Shown here: positions 19,841 through 30,877 of the stretch, piece after piece | How the letters are laid out: each line of letters starts with the position of its first letter | Position numbering within the stretch: the first letter of the stretch is position 1 | NCBI GenBank assembly: GCA_965207065.1 | Contig: OZ242260.1 | Coordinates: 32,001-96,000 of the forward strand | Direction: 5' to 3' | From: a bacterium | Lineage (GTDB): Bacteria; UBA8248 | Length of the DNA stretch: 64,000 nucleotides | Notes under the pieces: model-generated | Databases searched by the model: none | What the model saw: only the letters and a program-made list of their open reading frames with translations | Told to the model about the DNA's origin: nothing | Translations under genes and position numbers: made by a program

Positions 19841-21124
19841 ATGGGCATGAATATCTATGAGCGCGCACAAAAATCGACGCTTCTCCAACGCCTTGGCGAG
19901 GAACCCCAACGGCTGATCATCGTCACCGGACCACGCCAGACGGGCAAAACCACACTCGTTCAGCAGGTTCTGGATGGGACCTACCTGCCGTCTCGCTATC
20001 TGCCGGTCGACGAGCCTGATCGGGGTACGCTCCCCCCCGTTCACGGTATCGAAGCCGACACGACCACGTTCCCGGGACAAGCTGCTGTCCCCTTTGCCGG
20101 CGAAAGAGACACGCGGTGGCTGGTGCGTCATTGGGAGCGTGCCCGGATGGATACCAGCCGTTCAGAGCGGGGCTTTGTTCTGGCAATCGACGAAGTTCAG
20201 AAAATCCCCAACTGGTCGGAAACGGTCAAGGGGCTGTGGGACGCGGACAGGCGTCATAGCCGCCCTCTCCATGTGATTCTGCTCGGTTCGGCTCCTTTGC
20301 TCATGCAGAAGGGGATGAGCGAAAGCTTGGCCGGCCGATATGAAACGATTCACCTCACTCATTGGTCATTCGCTGAAATGTCGACGGCATTCGATTTCGA
20401 CCTTCCGCATTATATCTATTTTGGGGGCTATCCGGGTGCCGCCCCGCTAGTTCTCGACCAAGAACGCTGGCGCTCATACATCGTCGGCTCGCTGATCGAA
20501 CCGAACATTGAGCGTGATATTCTCGCGATGCAGCGAGTGGATAAACCTGCGCTGCTGAAGCGATTGTTCGAACTCGGCGCAGAGTATTCCGGGCAGATTC
20601 TGTCCTACAACAAGATGCTCGGTCAACTTCAGGACGCCGGCAACACGACGACCCTGGCGCGCTATTTAGACTTGTTGTCGGACGCCGGTCTGATTACGGG
20701 TCTCTCCGGATACGCCCGCGGTGCCCATCGACGCAGGGCCTCGAGTCCGAAACTCAACGTGCTCAACACCGCGCTCATGTCGTCTCAGACTGGCTATACG
20801 TTCGGGGAGGCGCAAGCCGACCGGAGCTTCTGGGGGCGTCTGGTCGAAAGCGCGGTCGGCGCGCATCTGTTCAACACGAAACCACCCGACGTCCGCCTTC
20901 ATTTCTGGCGAGACAGAAACCACGAGGTAGATTTCGTCCTGGAGCGCGGCCGAAGGCTCGCCGCTTTTGAAGTGAAGAGCGGTTTTCGCAAGTCGAACAT
21001 GAGCGGACTCAGACTATTTGGAGAACGGTTCGACGTCACAGCCTCGATCATCGTCGGCGAGGGCGGCGTTGCACTCCCGGAATTTCTGTCCGTCCCGGTC
21101 GGGGAATGGTTCGAAAGCTCATGA
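19841..21124 (+). CDS. AAA_14 ATPase with DUF4143 / C-terminal nuclease-like domain
   Basis: GPRQTGKTT, IDEVQK, LLGS, ESLAGR, GGYPG, GRLVESAV, EVDFV...FEVKS. Confidence 0.9.
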   Translation: MGMNIYERAQKSTLLQRLGEEPQRLIIVTGPRQTGKTTLVQQVLDGTYLPSRYLPVDEPDRGTLPPVHGIEADTTTFPGQAAVPFAGERDTRWLVRHWERARMDTSRSERGFVLAIDEVQKIPNWSETVKGLWDADRRHSRPLHVILLGSAPLLMQKGMSESLAGRYETIHLTHWSFAEMSTAFDFDLPHYIYFGGYPGAAPLVLDQERWRSYIVGSLIEPNIERDILAMQRVDKPALLKRLFELGAEYSGQILSYNKMLGQLQDAGNTTTLARYLDLLSDAGLITGLSGYARGAHRRRASSPKLNVLNTALMSSQTGYTFGEAQADRSFWGRLVESAVGAHLFNTKPPDVRLHFWRDRNHEVDFVLERGRRLAAFEVKSGFRKSNMSGLRLFGERFDVTASIIVGEGGVALPEFLSVPVGEWFESS

Positions 21125-24100
21125 AACATTTTGTCGCGCGTACATGCACCGAGATTCCAGAACGCGACTCTCTAGACGATTCGAATAACCCGTCCTTTCC
21201 TCTGGAGGATTTTCGAGAGGCGGATGCCTTTGTCCTACTCGGCGCTCCCGGCGCTGGCAAAACAACGGCGTTCAGGCGGGAAGCCGAGTGTACGGGCGGA
21301 TGCTACGTCACCGCGCGTGACTTCGCGACGTTCGACGACAAACCAGTATGGCGTGACACGGTGCTGTACATCGACGGGTTCGATGAAACCCGAGCGGGAG
21401 CAGCCGATGGGCGCACGCCGCTCGACAGCATCCGCGCCAAGCTCGATCACTTGGGACCTCCTAGGTTTCGCCTGTCCTGCCGAGAGACGGACTGGTTCGG
21501 AGCAAACGACAGGGATCGCCTGAAGATCGTATCGCGCGACGGCAAGGTCATAGTGCTGCGTCTCGATCCGTTGTCCGAAGAGGATATCCGCGAGATTCTC
21601 CTCAAGTTCGGGATCGAAGATGTGAGCGGGTTTATTGAATCAGCCCGTGTGAGGGGGATAGACGGCCTACTTGCAAATCCCCAAAGCCTGAAGATGTTGA
21701 CGACTGCGGTCACGGATAACGGCGTCTGGCCCGATACACGGATGCAAACGTTCGAAATGGCCTGCCAGGCCTTGCTCAAGGAGCATAATCAAGAACACCT
21801 GATAGCAGAACCGGACCGTGTTGATATTCCCACTCTGAAGGATGCCGCAGGACAGCTTTGCGCGATACAACTCCTGACCGGCGGAGCTGGCTACACCCTT
21901 CCCGGCCACGAGGGTGATCGCGATTTTCCCGAACTGGAACGGATACCCGGCGAGGCCCATCGAATTCTTCGTCACTCACTAGGCACCAAGCTTTTCGAGG
22001 GGCTGTCCGAAGGCCGCGTTGCCCCGATTCATCGGCAGATCGCAGAGTTTCTCGCCGCAAGATACCTCACCAGTCTCATAAAAGACGGTCTCCCGATCGG
22101 TCGGGTTCTCGCACTGATGACGGGCCACGACGGCGCCGTCGTGTCGGAATTGCGCGGCCTTTCCGCCTGGCTTGCAGCACACAACAAGCCCTGCCGGAAA
22201 GATGTCGTGGAACGCGACCCGCTGGGAACAATCCTCTACGGCGACGTTCGAGAATTCTCCTTCGATGAGAAGCGCCGGGTGCTGGATTGTCTGGAGCAAG
22301 AAGCGAAGAGAAATCCATGGTTTATGACCATGTCTAAAATCGATTCCCGGATAGGGGATCTTGCGACGCCTGACATGGAAGACGATTTCCGAGAGAACTT
22401 GACCAAACCGGCGCGAGACGGCGCGCGGCAATCCTTTGTTTCCATCTTGATTGAATCGCTTGGATATGGGCAGGCGCTTCCGGGACTCGCCGATCTTATG
22501 ATGGGAATCGTCAGGAATGCCAAGTGGCGGTCAGACGTGAGGCGCACCGCTCTCGACGCACTCATCCGGCAACGGAGAGGTGAAGAATATGCAACCGCCG
22601 AGTTCAAGAACCTGCTGATGGACGTGAGTGATGGATTGGTATCGGATCCGAACGACGATCTGATGGGGTCTTTGCTGAGAGAACTCTATCCCGGAAAGCT
22701 GTCCGCCACAGAACTCTGGCAATATCTGAAAACACCCCAAAACTCATCTTTAAATGGGTGGTGCCGTAATTTCTGGAACTGGCATATCTCGAAGCAATCG
22801 ACTAACGCCCAGCTTGCAGATCTACTTGATGGGCTCGTCGAGCAGTTCGAACAATTACGTCCTGTGTTCATAGGCTCCCCAGGAAGGGGTTCATTTTTCC
22901 GCCAAGTGCCAATCAGACTGTTAAGTCATTTTCTTAAAAGTTTGTCCAAGAATATTCCTCTTAGTCAGCTCTTCAATTGGCTTGGAGTTGCATCGGATCC
23001 CGAACTTAGGACTTCGGGGGAAGACGTCCAATTTATTGGAGATTGGTTAAGCGGCAATCCCGGTGTTCTCAAAGAACTCATCGCACAGGGTATGAGGCAT
23101 TGCGCAGGCTCGCAGGATTTTCACCATTGCATGTATATGGTGGAGCGTCGTCTCTTCCAATCCACATGGCCGCCGAATTTTGGGTCTTGGTGCCTCGAAC
23201 AGGCCATTGCCGCTGAGGATCACGACAAGGCAGCTTGGTTCATGCAAAAGGTTGCGCAGTCCGTGTATCACCACCGTTTCAACAAAGGGCTTTCACAGGA
23301 AATCGTCGAGCGACGCATCAAGGAGCACGCTGGCCTTCTGAGCATGTTCACCGAAAGGCTGACCGAACACGAAGAGATCGATACGCGGGAAAATGATATT
23401 CAAGAGCAATATGAAATTGAGAAGAGGCAACGTCGGCAGGAATGGCGCGACCGTGTCGAGTCGCAGGAGGCGGCGTTGCGCGAAGGCCGATGCGAGCCGG
23501 TTTTGCTTCACCAATTGGCCGAAGTATATTTTGGCCAGTTCGTAGACGTTGAGGGCGATACCCCACGGGATCGGCTTCGAGATCTCTTCTGCAACGACGA
23601 GCGCTTGATCGAAGCCGCCCTGGAAGGGTTTCGTAGCTCTTTAGGGCGGAGCGACGTTCCAGGCGATGCTGATATCATACGTCTTCGAGCCGAGAACCAG
23701 ATTCACCCATTGGCTTTTCCGTTCTTGGCCGGATTGGAAGAAATCGCCAAGGCCACTCCGGAAGGCGACCTCCCGCTCGACGAAAAGCAGATTCGTCAAG
23801 CCTTCGCTTTTCTCTACGCCGAACCTCCGGATATTGTGTCAAGCTGGTACGAGCGGGCGTCGATATCCTACCTGAAGACGGCGGTCGATGTTCTCGTTCG
23901 ATCGGTCCGGGCGGAAATACGTAAGGGTGATGGGCGTTTCTCCGGCGTATATCGGCTAGAGGACAGTGAGGAGATCGCTCGCCTGGCTGTCCTTCCCCTG
24001 CTGGAATCGTTTCCCGTACGTTGCACGACGCAACAACTCGATGAACTGGTTTATCTGCTCAAAACCGCATTTCTCCATTGCGAAGAAGCATCGCTTTTGG

Positions 24101-25143
24101 ATCTGATACAGGGGAAGGTTGCTCATCGCAGCATGAACGTGGCCCAGCGAATCTGCTGGCTGTCCATCGGGTTTCTCGTTTCACCCGAATCCTATCGCGA
24201 AATTCTGGAAGATTATGTCGTAGGAGGAAGTGAGCGCCGGATTCGGCATTTGGCGTATGTCATGTGTCGGGATGATCTCCCTGCAGTGTTGCTCGACCGA
24301 CTGGGGGTCGCGGAACTGAGACTTTTGATCCGGTTGCTTGGCCCGGCCTATAAGCCTTCTCCTCCGGGGTCGAAGGGGGAGCGCATCCGAGGATTCATCA
24401 ATCAACTGGCCTCCGTTCCGTCCCCTGACGCAATGGAGGCCTTTGAAACGCTGTTGACAGATGCTGGCCTGCGCCCTTGGCGCTCTTATCTCGTCGACGC
24501 GGCATACCAGCAGAATTCTGTGAGGCGCGAAGCCGGTTTTCATCACCGCGATATCGACCAAGTGCTTGAGGTATTCCACAACCGCAAGCCGGCGAATGCC
24601 GCCGATCTGGCTGCACTGACGTTTGAATATTTGCGTGAGATCTCTCAAACGATTCGTCACGGCAACACGTCCGACTGGCGTCAATATTGGAATGTAGACT
24701 CACACAACCGTCCTAAAGACCCAAAACCGGAAAATGCGTGCCGTCATACCCTTTTATCCGATCTGAAGCTCAAGATGGATCCTTTGGGCATTGATGTGCA
24801 AGCTGAGGGCCATTATGCCGATGACAAACGGTCGGACATCCGTGTTTTCTTTAGCGGCTTCAACGTTCCGGTTGAGATCAAGAAAAGCTGTCATCGCGAC
24901 CTTTGGAGCGCGATCAAGACTCAGTTAATCGCCAAATATACCCGGGACCCGGGTGCGGACGGTAATGGAATCTATCTGGTATTCTGGTTCGGAGACACGG
25001 AATATTGCCGGCCAACGCCGGGAGAGGGAGTGCCACCGAAGAGCTCCGCCGAAATCGAAAAGCGTCTGCGAAGCACACTATCTGCCGACGAGAAGCTCAA
25101 GATTTCGATTTGTGTAATCGATGTCTCTGAGCCTGCAATATGA
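21121..25143 (+). CDS. STAND/NACHT-like NTPase with C-terminal PD-(D/E)xK-like domain (putative antiviral)
   Basis: LLGAPGAGKTT, YIDGFDE, RLSCR, LANPQSL, HRQIAEFLAA; C-terminus ADDKRSDIRV...VPVEIKKS. Confidence 0.78.
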   Translation: MKHFVARTCTEIPERDSLDDSNNPSFPLEDFREADAFVLLGAPGAGKTTAFRREAECTGGCYVTARDFATFDDKPVWRDTVLYIDGFDETRAGAADGRTPLDSIRAKLDHLGPPRFRLSCRETDWFGANDRDRLKIVSRDGKVIVLRLDPLSEEDIREILLKFGIEDVSGFIESARVRGIDGLLANPQSLKMLTTAVTDNGVWPDTRMQTFEMACQALLKEHNQEHLIAEPDRVDIPTLKDAAGQLCAIQLLTGGAGYTLPGHEGDRDFPELERIPGEAHRILRHSLGTKLFEGLSEGRVAPIHRQIAEFLAARYLTSLIKDGLPIGRVLALMTGHDGAVVSELRGLSAWLAAHNKPCRKDVVERDPLGTILYGDVREFSFDEKRRVLDCLEQEAKRNPWFMTMSKIDSRIGDLATPDMEDDFRENLTKPARDGARQSFVSILIESLGYGQALPGLADLMMGIVRNAKWRSDVRRTALDALIRQRRGEEYATAEFKNLLMDVSDGLVSDPNDDLMGSLLRELYPGKLSATELWQYLKTPQNSSLNGWCRNFWNWHISKQSTNAQLADLLDGLVEQFEQLRPVFIGSPGRGSFFRQVPIRLLSHFLKSLSKNIPLSQLFNWLGVASDPELRTSGEDVQFIGDWLSGNPGVLKELIAQGMRHCAGSQDFHHCMYMVERRLFQSTWPPNFGSWCLEQAIAAEDHDKAAWFMQKVAQSVYHHRFNKGLSQEIVERRIKEHAGLLSMFTERLTEHEEIDTRENDIQEQYEIEKRQRRQEWRDRVESQEAALREGRCEPVLLHQLAEVYFGQFVDVEGDTPRDRLRDLFCNDERLIEAALEGFRSSLGRSDVPGDADIIRLRAENQIHPLAFPFLAGLEEIAKATPEGDLPLDEKQIRQAFAFLYAEPPDIVSSWYERASISYLKTAVDVLVRSVRAEIRKGDGRFSGVYRLEDSEEIARLAVLPLLESFPVRCTTQQLDELVYLLKTAFLHCEEASLLDLIQGKVAHRSMNVAQRICWLSIGFLVSPESYREILEDYVVGGSERRIRHLAYVMCRDDLPAVLLDRLGVAELRLLIRLLGPAYKPSPPGSKGERIRGFINQLASVPSPDAMEAFETLLTDAGLRPWRSYLVDAAYQQNSVRREAGFHHRDIDQVLEVFHNRKPANAADLAALTFEYLREISQTIRHGNTSDWRQYWNVDSHNRPKDPKPENACRHTLLSDLKLKMDPLGIDVQAEGHYADDKRSDIRVFFSGFNVPVEIKKSCHRDLWSAIKTQLIAKYTRDPGADGNGIYLVFWFGDTEYCRPTPGEGVPPKSSAEIEKRLRSTLSADEKLKISICVIDVSEPAI

Positions 25144-25354
25144 GGGGTCTTGTCGTAACAGCTCACGATGGCCGATCAGCTTTCCTGCCAACGGCAGGTT
25201 TTCGCCCACAAAACCACCCCGTGTCCGCCCGCACGATTCATCGGTCGCGAGAGTCCGTCGCCCCAGCTATAACATCAAATTCCAATCTAGTTTCCTGGAC
25301 GGCAGCTTGGGTTTGATAGCGTCTTAGGCGGGAATGTCGGTCCCTTGCCCTGAT

Positions 25355-25726
25355 TTACGCCTCCATTACCAACCCGCGCTTTACGAGTTGAATTAGAATA
25401 TCCTTGAGCAAATCGAGCGAGAGGTCTCCCGTCTGTTCCAAGCATAGTTTTTTCGCCCGTTCCAAAAGTTTGTGGTTGCGCGCGTTTTTGAGGAAGTCGT
25501 GCCCATCCCACGTCAACTTGTGCACTTCACAATGGAGCATCTTGTGTTCGGTGCCATCACCCGAAGGAACGATATCTGCATCGACGAAACCCGCTTCCAT
25601 CATCAGTGCGACATGCAGGTAAACTTCATCTCGTGAGTAATCAGGAAGATCGAGACTTATCTCTCCTTCCTCGTTCGCTTCTATGTGCAGGAGAATTTTC
25701 CTGACGAGGTCCGTGTCTAGTGTGAT
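25355..25726 (-). CDS. DUF2513-family protein (start codon appears as ATC, possibly degraded)
   Basis: LDTDLVRKILLHIE...YSRDEVYLHVALMMEAGFV...LTWDGHDFLKNARN. Confidence 0.7.
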   Translation of the reverse strand: MTLDTDLVRKILLHIEANEEGEISLDLPDYSRDEVYLHVALMMEAGFVDADIVPSGDGTEHKMLHCEVHKLTWDGHDFLKNARNHKLLERAKKLCLEQTGDLSLDLLKDILIQLVKRGLVMEA

Positions 25727-25745
25727 GTTTTAAATAGATATACCC

Positions 25746-26042
25746 GGCACCGAAGAACGGTAGCCAGAGCGGAAAACTCCTGCATCTACACCGACCGCAT
25801 AGCTTGATAGATGTCCACATAAGAAAGGGACCGCCCTCTCTCAATTTCAGTCGATCCTGGGAGAGAGGGACAGTCCCTTTTTCTCATATACCAAGTACAT
25901 CCGAGTCGAGCATAAAGAAGAACAGGGGCTGCCCGTTGTTCCCGCTCCCGGCTCGAGGACTCAAACTCATAGCAAGGAGCGGTACAGTTTGCTTCATCAC
26001 GAGGGAAACAACCAACGGGCAACCCCCTTTTCGCTCTCCTTT
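25746..26042 (-). ncRNA. Candidate structured non-coding RNA, copy 2
   Basis: Near-identical to 7714-8010; homology stops at the base of the last hairpin (GGCACCGaagaaCGGTAGCC). Confidence 0.5.
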
Positions 26043-26093
26043 ACCCGCCTCAGGCCCCGGGGCTTAACCCCGGGATCTAAGGCGTCTTTCTTC

Positions 26094-27782
26094 CTACCTG
26101 TGCGCCCCGAACGCCCCGATGAAGGCGGCGTTGCCTCCAGTCCCGGTCAGCTTGTTGACGTAAAACGTTCCGGCAACAGAATTCGGAAGCCCAGGCGTAT
26201 ATGAAATAGCTTGCGTGTCTTGAGCACCATCAACAACCATCCTTGGGGCTGTAACTTTCTTATCATACCTCATTCCGAAAAACCGGCCCTTCCAGGCGCC
26301 TTGGTATGCATTTTCTCCAACCACACCCGCGGCTACGCCGTTTGTAAAAGCGGCGGTCAGATCACCGTCGGTTATGTCTTGTTTCTGCAATTCAATGTTT
26401 CCGTCAATGCGATTTCCGCCGGCCGTGATGTTCGTAACGTTACCCCCGATTGTACCCGATCCCGTTCCGGCTACATCCTGGAACTCGGCCGTCAGCGATA
26501 CATTCGCCTTAAAAATACTGGCCTTTCCGTCCGCCATATAAGCGCCGTTCGCGTTCCCTCGATACGTGTAGCTCTTATCCGTATTGTTGGTGAGGACTCC
26601 GGCGATCGTGCCTAACCTTGATGTCTCCGAGCAGGTCTTGTTGAGCGCATCGGTATCGGTCAAATCTGCGGCACTGCAGAAATCGTGCGAAGCTGTAATG
26701 GGCTGGTTACCGTACGCAAAGGCTTGAAGGGAAGGGCTGGCGCTTGAGTCATCAAGCCAGATTCCAGCGAGCAAATAATCGGTGTCTGCTTGATACACCC
26801 GGCTCTCATCAACATCTGTTGTATCTGCCAGGTTTGGATCTGGCACCCTACCAGTAATTGACCTTACCAGTGTGTCCACCGAAATATCCGTAAAGGCATT
26901 GGCAAAGAGTGTGCCGGCATCGTTTTTCAGGTCGAGACCTTGAGACAGACGTCCAGAAACACCACTGATTCTGCCTGTTTTGCTATGCGACGTTACTCCG
27001 GTACTCCCAACCGTTATCGTTACCTCCAAAACCCCCCTGTCCAGATCTCGGGGTTTCGGATAAACCGTCCCGGCCGTTCCATCTGCGTTCAAGTAAAAGG
27101 GAAAGGTGGCCTGGTTGGCCGCAGCTGTCGGACCCAGGTTGGAGTTAGGAATTGAAGTATCAGCCATCAACGGCAGGAGTTCGTCATACACTTTCCTGTT
27201 GTCCCTCAAGTGCTTGATGAGCGAGGACCCGCCCGTCAAGACGGCCTCGTTCGCTGCCTGTTGTCTGCGACGGTTCGCGGCCGCTTGCACGGCGCCCTGA
27301 ATCCTGGATATTGCCGATGCGGATGTGTTGAGAGTGACTTGAGCCGCTCTCGCGTCCGTAAGCGCCGTATTCGCCTCCGCCGGCGTAGTGGCCAGGGTTG
27401 CCGCAGTATTCGCGCTCACGATACGCGCCAGGGCGCTTTGCGCCGTATTACTCTCGCTGTTGGCGTCCGTGATTTGAGCGGGCGTGGCGTCGGCATTGGT
27501 CCGTATCGCGGCCGCGGCCGAGCTCGCCACCCCCGCTCGTGCCTGGGCATTCGTAAGGATACTTGAAAGTTCCCGTCTCGCCTCGGCTATCCTATCAGCA
27601 TCGGTCTGTGGCGGATCCCCGCATTGCCCGTTCATCTCGACTTGAGGCGCCGTGCACATCACCACATCCCTGTCGTCGTCCGCAGCAGTACCGCCGCCGC
27701 CACCACCACCGCAACCGGAGGCAAATGCCGCAATGCACACGACAAGTACCGCCAATCCTGAATATCTGAGCATTTTCATCAC
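26094..27782 (-). CDS. Surface lipoprotein B2 (TbpB-like barrel), paralog of B1
   Basis: Identical signal peptide and AAFIGAFGAHR end; divergent central/barrel region. Confidence 0.8.
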   Translation of the reverse strand: MMKMLRYSGLAVLVVCIAAFASGCGGGGGGGTAADDDRDVVMCTAPQVEMNGQCGDPPQTDADRIAEARRELSSILTNAQARAGVASSAAAAIRTNADATPAQITDANSESNTAQSALARIVSANTAATLATTPAEANTALTDARAAQVTLNTSASAISRIQGAVQAAANRRRQQAANEAVLTGGSSLIKHLRDNRKVYDELLPLMADTSIPNSNLGPTAAANQATFPFYLNADGTAGTVYPKPRDLDRGVLEVTITVGSTGVTSHSKTGRISGVSGRLSQGLDLKNDAGTLFANAFTDISVDTLVRSITGRVPDPNLADTTDVDESRVYQADTDYLLAGIWLDDSSASPSLQAFAYGNQPITASHDFCSAADLTDTDALNKTCSETSRLGTIAGVLTNNTDKSYTYRGNANGAYMADGKASIFKANVSLTAEFQDVAGTGSGTIGGNVTNITAGGNRIDGNIELQKQDITDGDLTAAFTNGVAAGVVGENAYQGAWKGRFFGMRYDKKVTAPRMVVDGAQDTQAISYTPGLPNSVAGTFYVNKLTGTGGNAAFIGAFGAHR

Positions 27783-27916
27783 TTGCCCCCTGAGGGTTAC
27801 GTCCCCTTCCGGGAAAGAAGAGGGCGGGCGGTTGAAACCAGTTTCAATTTATCGGTTGCTTTGAGAACCCCCGGCCCCGGGCTCAGAGAGCCCGAGGCCA
27901 AAGGCGTAGTGCGCTG

Positions 27917-29677
27917 TTACTCAGCCTTCCACGTGCCGAAGGAACCGAGGATTCTGATCGGGTCGTTCACGTTGCCCGGCGCGGAAGCGCCGAAGGTGCC
28001 GGCGGCGGTCGTGGGGTATTGCGTTTGAGCCGCAGTTCCCGTCGCGCTGCTGGGACCGTAGAACTGGCCGCCCCAGTTGCCGACCATGGCCCTGCCCGCC
28101 AGGGAGCCCGATACGGTATTGTTGAAGCCGCCCATATGGGCGGCATTATTATCGTCATCGACGATGTTCGCCTTCTTTAGCTCCAGCATGCCGGCGATGT
28201 CCATTCCGCCGGCCCTGATGTTTGTGACTCTACCGGTGACGGAACCCAGGAGGTTATCATCCGGCGTACCGGCTGTTGCACCAGTATCAGCCCCGACGGT
28301 TCCGCCGAAGTTGGCATTCAGGGTGACGTCCGCGTCGAAGTACTCGACCATGCCGCCAGCCGCATACAGCCCGCTCGCGTCCCCGTTATACGTCGCCATG
28401 CCCTTGAGGGCGGCCTTGACGTTGAATACATTGTTGCCGCTTCCGAATGCGCCTGCGGCGGCCGCAGTGGTTACAGGCGTCGTTGTCGTAACGTCCGGAA
28501 TCGTCAGCCAGACGCCCCATGCCATGTAGTCGGTGTCGGTCATGGTCATACCCGCTGCTATTGCATGGAACTCGTAGCCTGTAATCGATCTGATAACGCC
28601 ATTCGCGTCGACGCTGATGGAGCAACCGCCAGTGGTGCCTGAGGGACAAACGAATTTACCCCGTGCCGGAGGGTTATTGTCCGTGGAATCCGCATTATAG
28701 GTACCGGTGAAGCTACTTCCGTCTCCCGGGACGTCACCTGTAATTATCGATGTGGCCGGGGCAGTCGGCAGCGTCAGCGGCGTGTTCGTGCCGTCGGTCG
28801 GATCTGTATACGCCTGTGTCGACGCTTCGATGTCCGTGAAGGCGAGAACATACGTTTTGCCTGGCGTCCCGGTATCAGTCCGCACCAGTTCGGCGCCCGG
28901 CCAGCCGCCGCTCGGCTTCTCTCCGGCCGTCATGAGCGATGTCGGACTTTCGCCGCGCAGAATGGAGCCCGTACCTAACGTTACATCGAACCTGGGTCCG
29001 GCCGCGTTGTAAGTCGCCGTTGCGCCGGCCTCACCACCTTGGTTGGTGTTAACGTTATCCGTTCCGTTCCTCAGGTTGGGTAGATTTGCCGTCATCGCCA
29101 GCTCCATGCCCACTCTCACCGCGTTGGAAAGGGGTTTGGGGATATCGCTGCCGGTCTTGCCCTCCAGCTCGGCATTGTCGATGGCTGCCTGGTTGGTAAT
29201 CTTGTTCGCCAGCCCGGTGCTTCCCAGGCCGCGCTTCATGCCGGCTTCCATCGCCATGTCGCGGTACTTCTCGGCCGCTGTCTGGTGCGTCATGGCCATT
29301 GCGGAAGTCGTGGCCATCTCCGCCGCGTCGGAAGCTTCCTTGGCCATCGCCGCGTATTTGTACGCGTTCGACATCGCCACAGGGTCCACCGCGCTTTCTA
29401 CATAATCCTTGGCCTTCATATAGGCCATCATGGCCGCTTCCTGCGCGCCGCTCAGGGCGCCTTCTTCGGCAACTTCCGCGGCAGAGGAGCACGAACCGTC
29501 CGCGTTATACCGGCCGCCGTCACCCTCACACATTTCCTGCTGGGTCGGCATGGCGGGCGTCTCTCCTTCAACGGCGGCCGTTCCGCCGCCGCCGCCACAG
29601 CCGGCCAGCGCGATGGCGAACACGGCCGCCAGCGCGAAAGCGTAAAGCTTGCTTATCGATTTCTCTCTGAACATCAT
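27917..29677 (-). CDS. Surface lipoprotein A2 (TbpB-like barrel), paralog of A1
   Basis: Near-identical first ~150 aa and last ~55 aa to A1. Confidence 0.8.
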   Translation of the reverse strand: MMFREKSISKLYAFALAAVFAIALAGCGGGGGTAAVEGETPAMPTQQEMCEGDGGRYNADGSCSSAAEVAEEGALSGAQEAAMMAYMKAKDYVESAVDPVAMSNAYKYAAMAKEASDAAEMATTSAMAMTHQTAAEKYRDMAMEAGMKRGLGSTGLANKITNQAAIDNAELEGKTGSDIPKPLSNAVRVGMELAMTANLPNLRNGTDNVNTNQGGEAGATATYNAAGPRFDVTLGTGSILRGESPTSLMTAGEKPSGGWPGAELVRTDTGTPGKTYVLAFTDIEASTQAYTDPTDGTNTPLTLPTAPATSIITGDVPGDGSSFTGTYNADSTDNNPPARGKFVCPSGTTGGCSISVDANGVIRSITGYEFHAIAAGMTMTDTDYMAWGVWLTIPDVTTTTPVTTAAAAGAFGSGNNVFNVKAALKGMATYNGDASGLYAAGGMVEYFDADVTLNANFGGTVGADTGATAGTPDDNLLGSVTGRVTNIRAGGMDIAGMLELKKANIVDDDNNAAHMGGFNNTVSGSLAGRAMVGNWGGQFYGPSSATGTAAQTQYPTTAAGTFGASAPGNVNDPIRILGSFGTWKAE

Positions 29678-30047
29678 TTAGTGAGTCCTCCTGAATACAT
29701 AGAAAAAGGGATTTTCAGCGAATTTCCGGCTTTTTAGATGGAGGACTCTTTTGGAATAGCATTGGATTCTTATATCTCATTGAAATCTATCTTGTTATAA
29801 TTGTTATATTATGGCGTGAAATTTGCATTTTAAATCCCGTAATCAAAAAGATAGCAGTTTTATTGCAAATTTTGCGCGTCCTGTCGCGCCTGTGTCGGGG
29901 CGGCGCAAGTATTCGTTCGGTCGTGGGGTGATAAAGAAAAGGAAAGCACCTGCTGAAGCTGGCTACACCGCGCAATTCCTACGAATGTCTCCGGCATCGA
30001 CTAAGCTATCACCCCTCCGCCAAACTGTTACCGGCGCAATTCTCAGT

Positions 30048-30877
30048 TTGGCGCCGTAGTCATATCCGGCAGACGTACGGGGCGACCCGGCGATCTGGCA
30101 GCCCGGACGTAAAAGCCTCGGGGTACAGAGGGGCCGTCGTGCCCTCGTGTGCGATCAGCCCGGGAGGCGAGCAACGAGTAGGGCCGTAACAAAAGTGAAC
30201 GGATGAAGCGTCGAAACAAGGACTTCCCGCGTGAAGCTGATTTGCGGGGTAGATGGAGTTGCCAAGGGTCTCCCTCCTAACCGATGGCCAGTGCCGGTGC
30301 GGAAGAAACTGAGGCGCACGCACCGGGGCTCCCGGCGTATTGAAGGCGGCAATACTCGAAAGTAGCGCAGTGAAAGTCCGGAAGGTGTGGAGGTCATGAC
30401 AGGATGACCCTGTGAATGTCGAAGACCGTCTCTATAACCGGGGTGCCGGGAAGTGAGACGGAGACCTCCAGACTGGCGGATGAGGTCGCCAAGCGTTGAA
30501 GGGTGGGACAACACAACCCACCCGGAGCGAGGACCTCTGGGCACAGGTGGCGACGCCGTGGCGGGCAGCCCGCACACAGAGGCGGGGGAAACCGCCCTGC
30601 ACATGGTGAAGCCTGAGGACGGAGTAAACGCTGGACCCGCCGAGGAGTATGGCAGGGTCGGTCTTAACCCCGGTGTTCCCGCGGAAGACTCCACTCCAAA
30701 CTGGGAGGTGCCTGTTGCTTGAAGCCGTACCGGGGAAAACCCGACGTACGGAATATTGGGGGGGGGGGGGCGGCTGGAAACGTGGCTCAAGGCGGAACTG
30801 TGACCCCAACCTGCAACCGAAAGAGCAGGGCTGGAAACCCTCCGCCTGAAGGTGCGCGCGCCAGTACTCTACCCGAC
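30048..30877 (+). ncRNA. ORF-less group II intron (5' boundary approximate)
   Basis: Domain V GAAGCCGTACCGGGGAAAACCCGACGTACGGAAT (AGC triad at 30723), long domain VI ending CTCTACCCGAC; no RT ORF. Confidence 0.8.

Noticed and set aside
8063-29677. Diversity-generating retroelement as cause of lipoprotein variation
   Set aside because: No reverse transcriptase in the window and differences are not adenine-specific; they include indels over hundreds of codons
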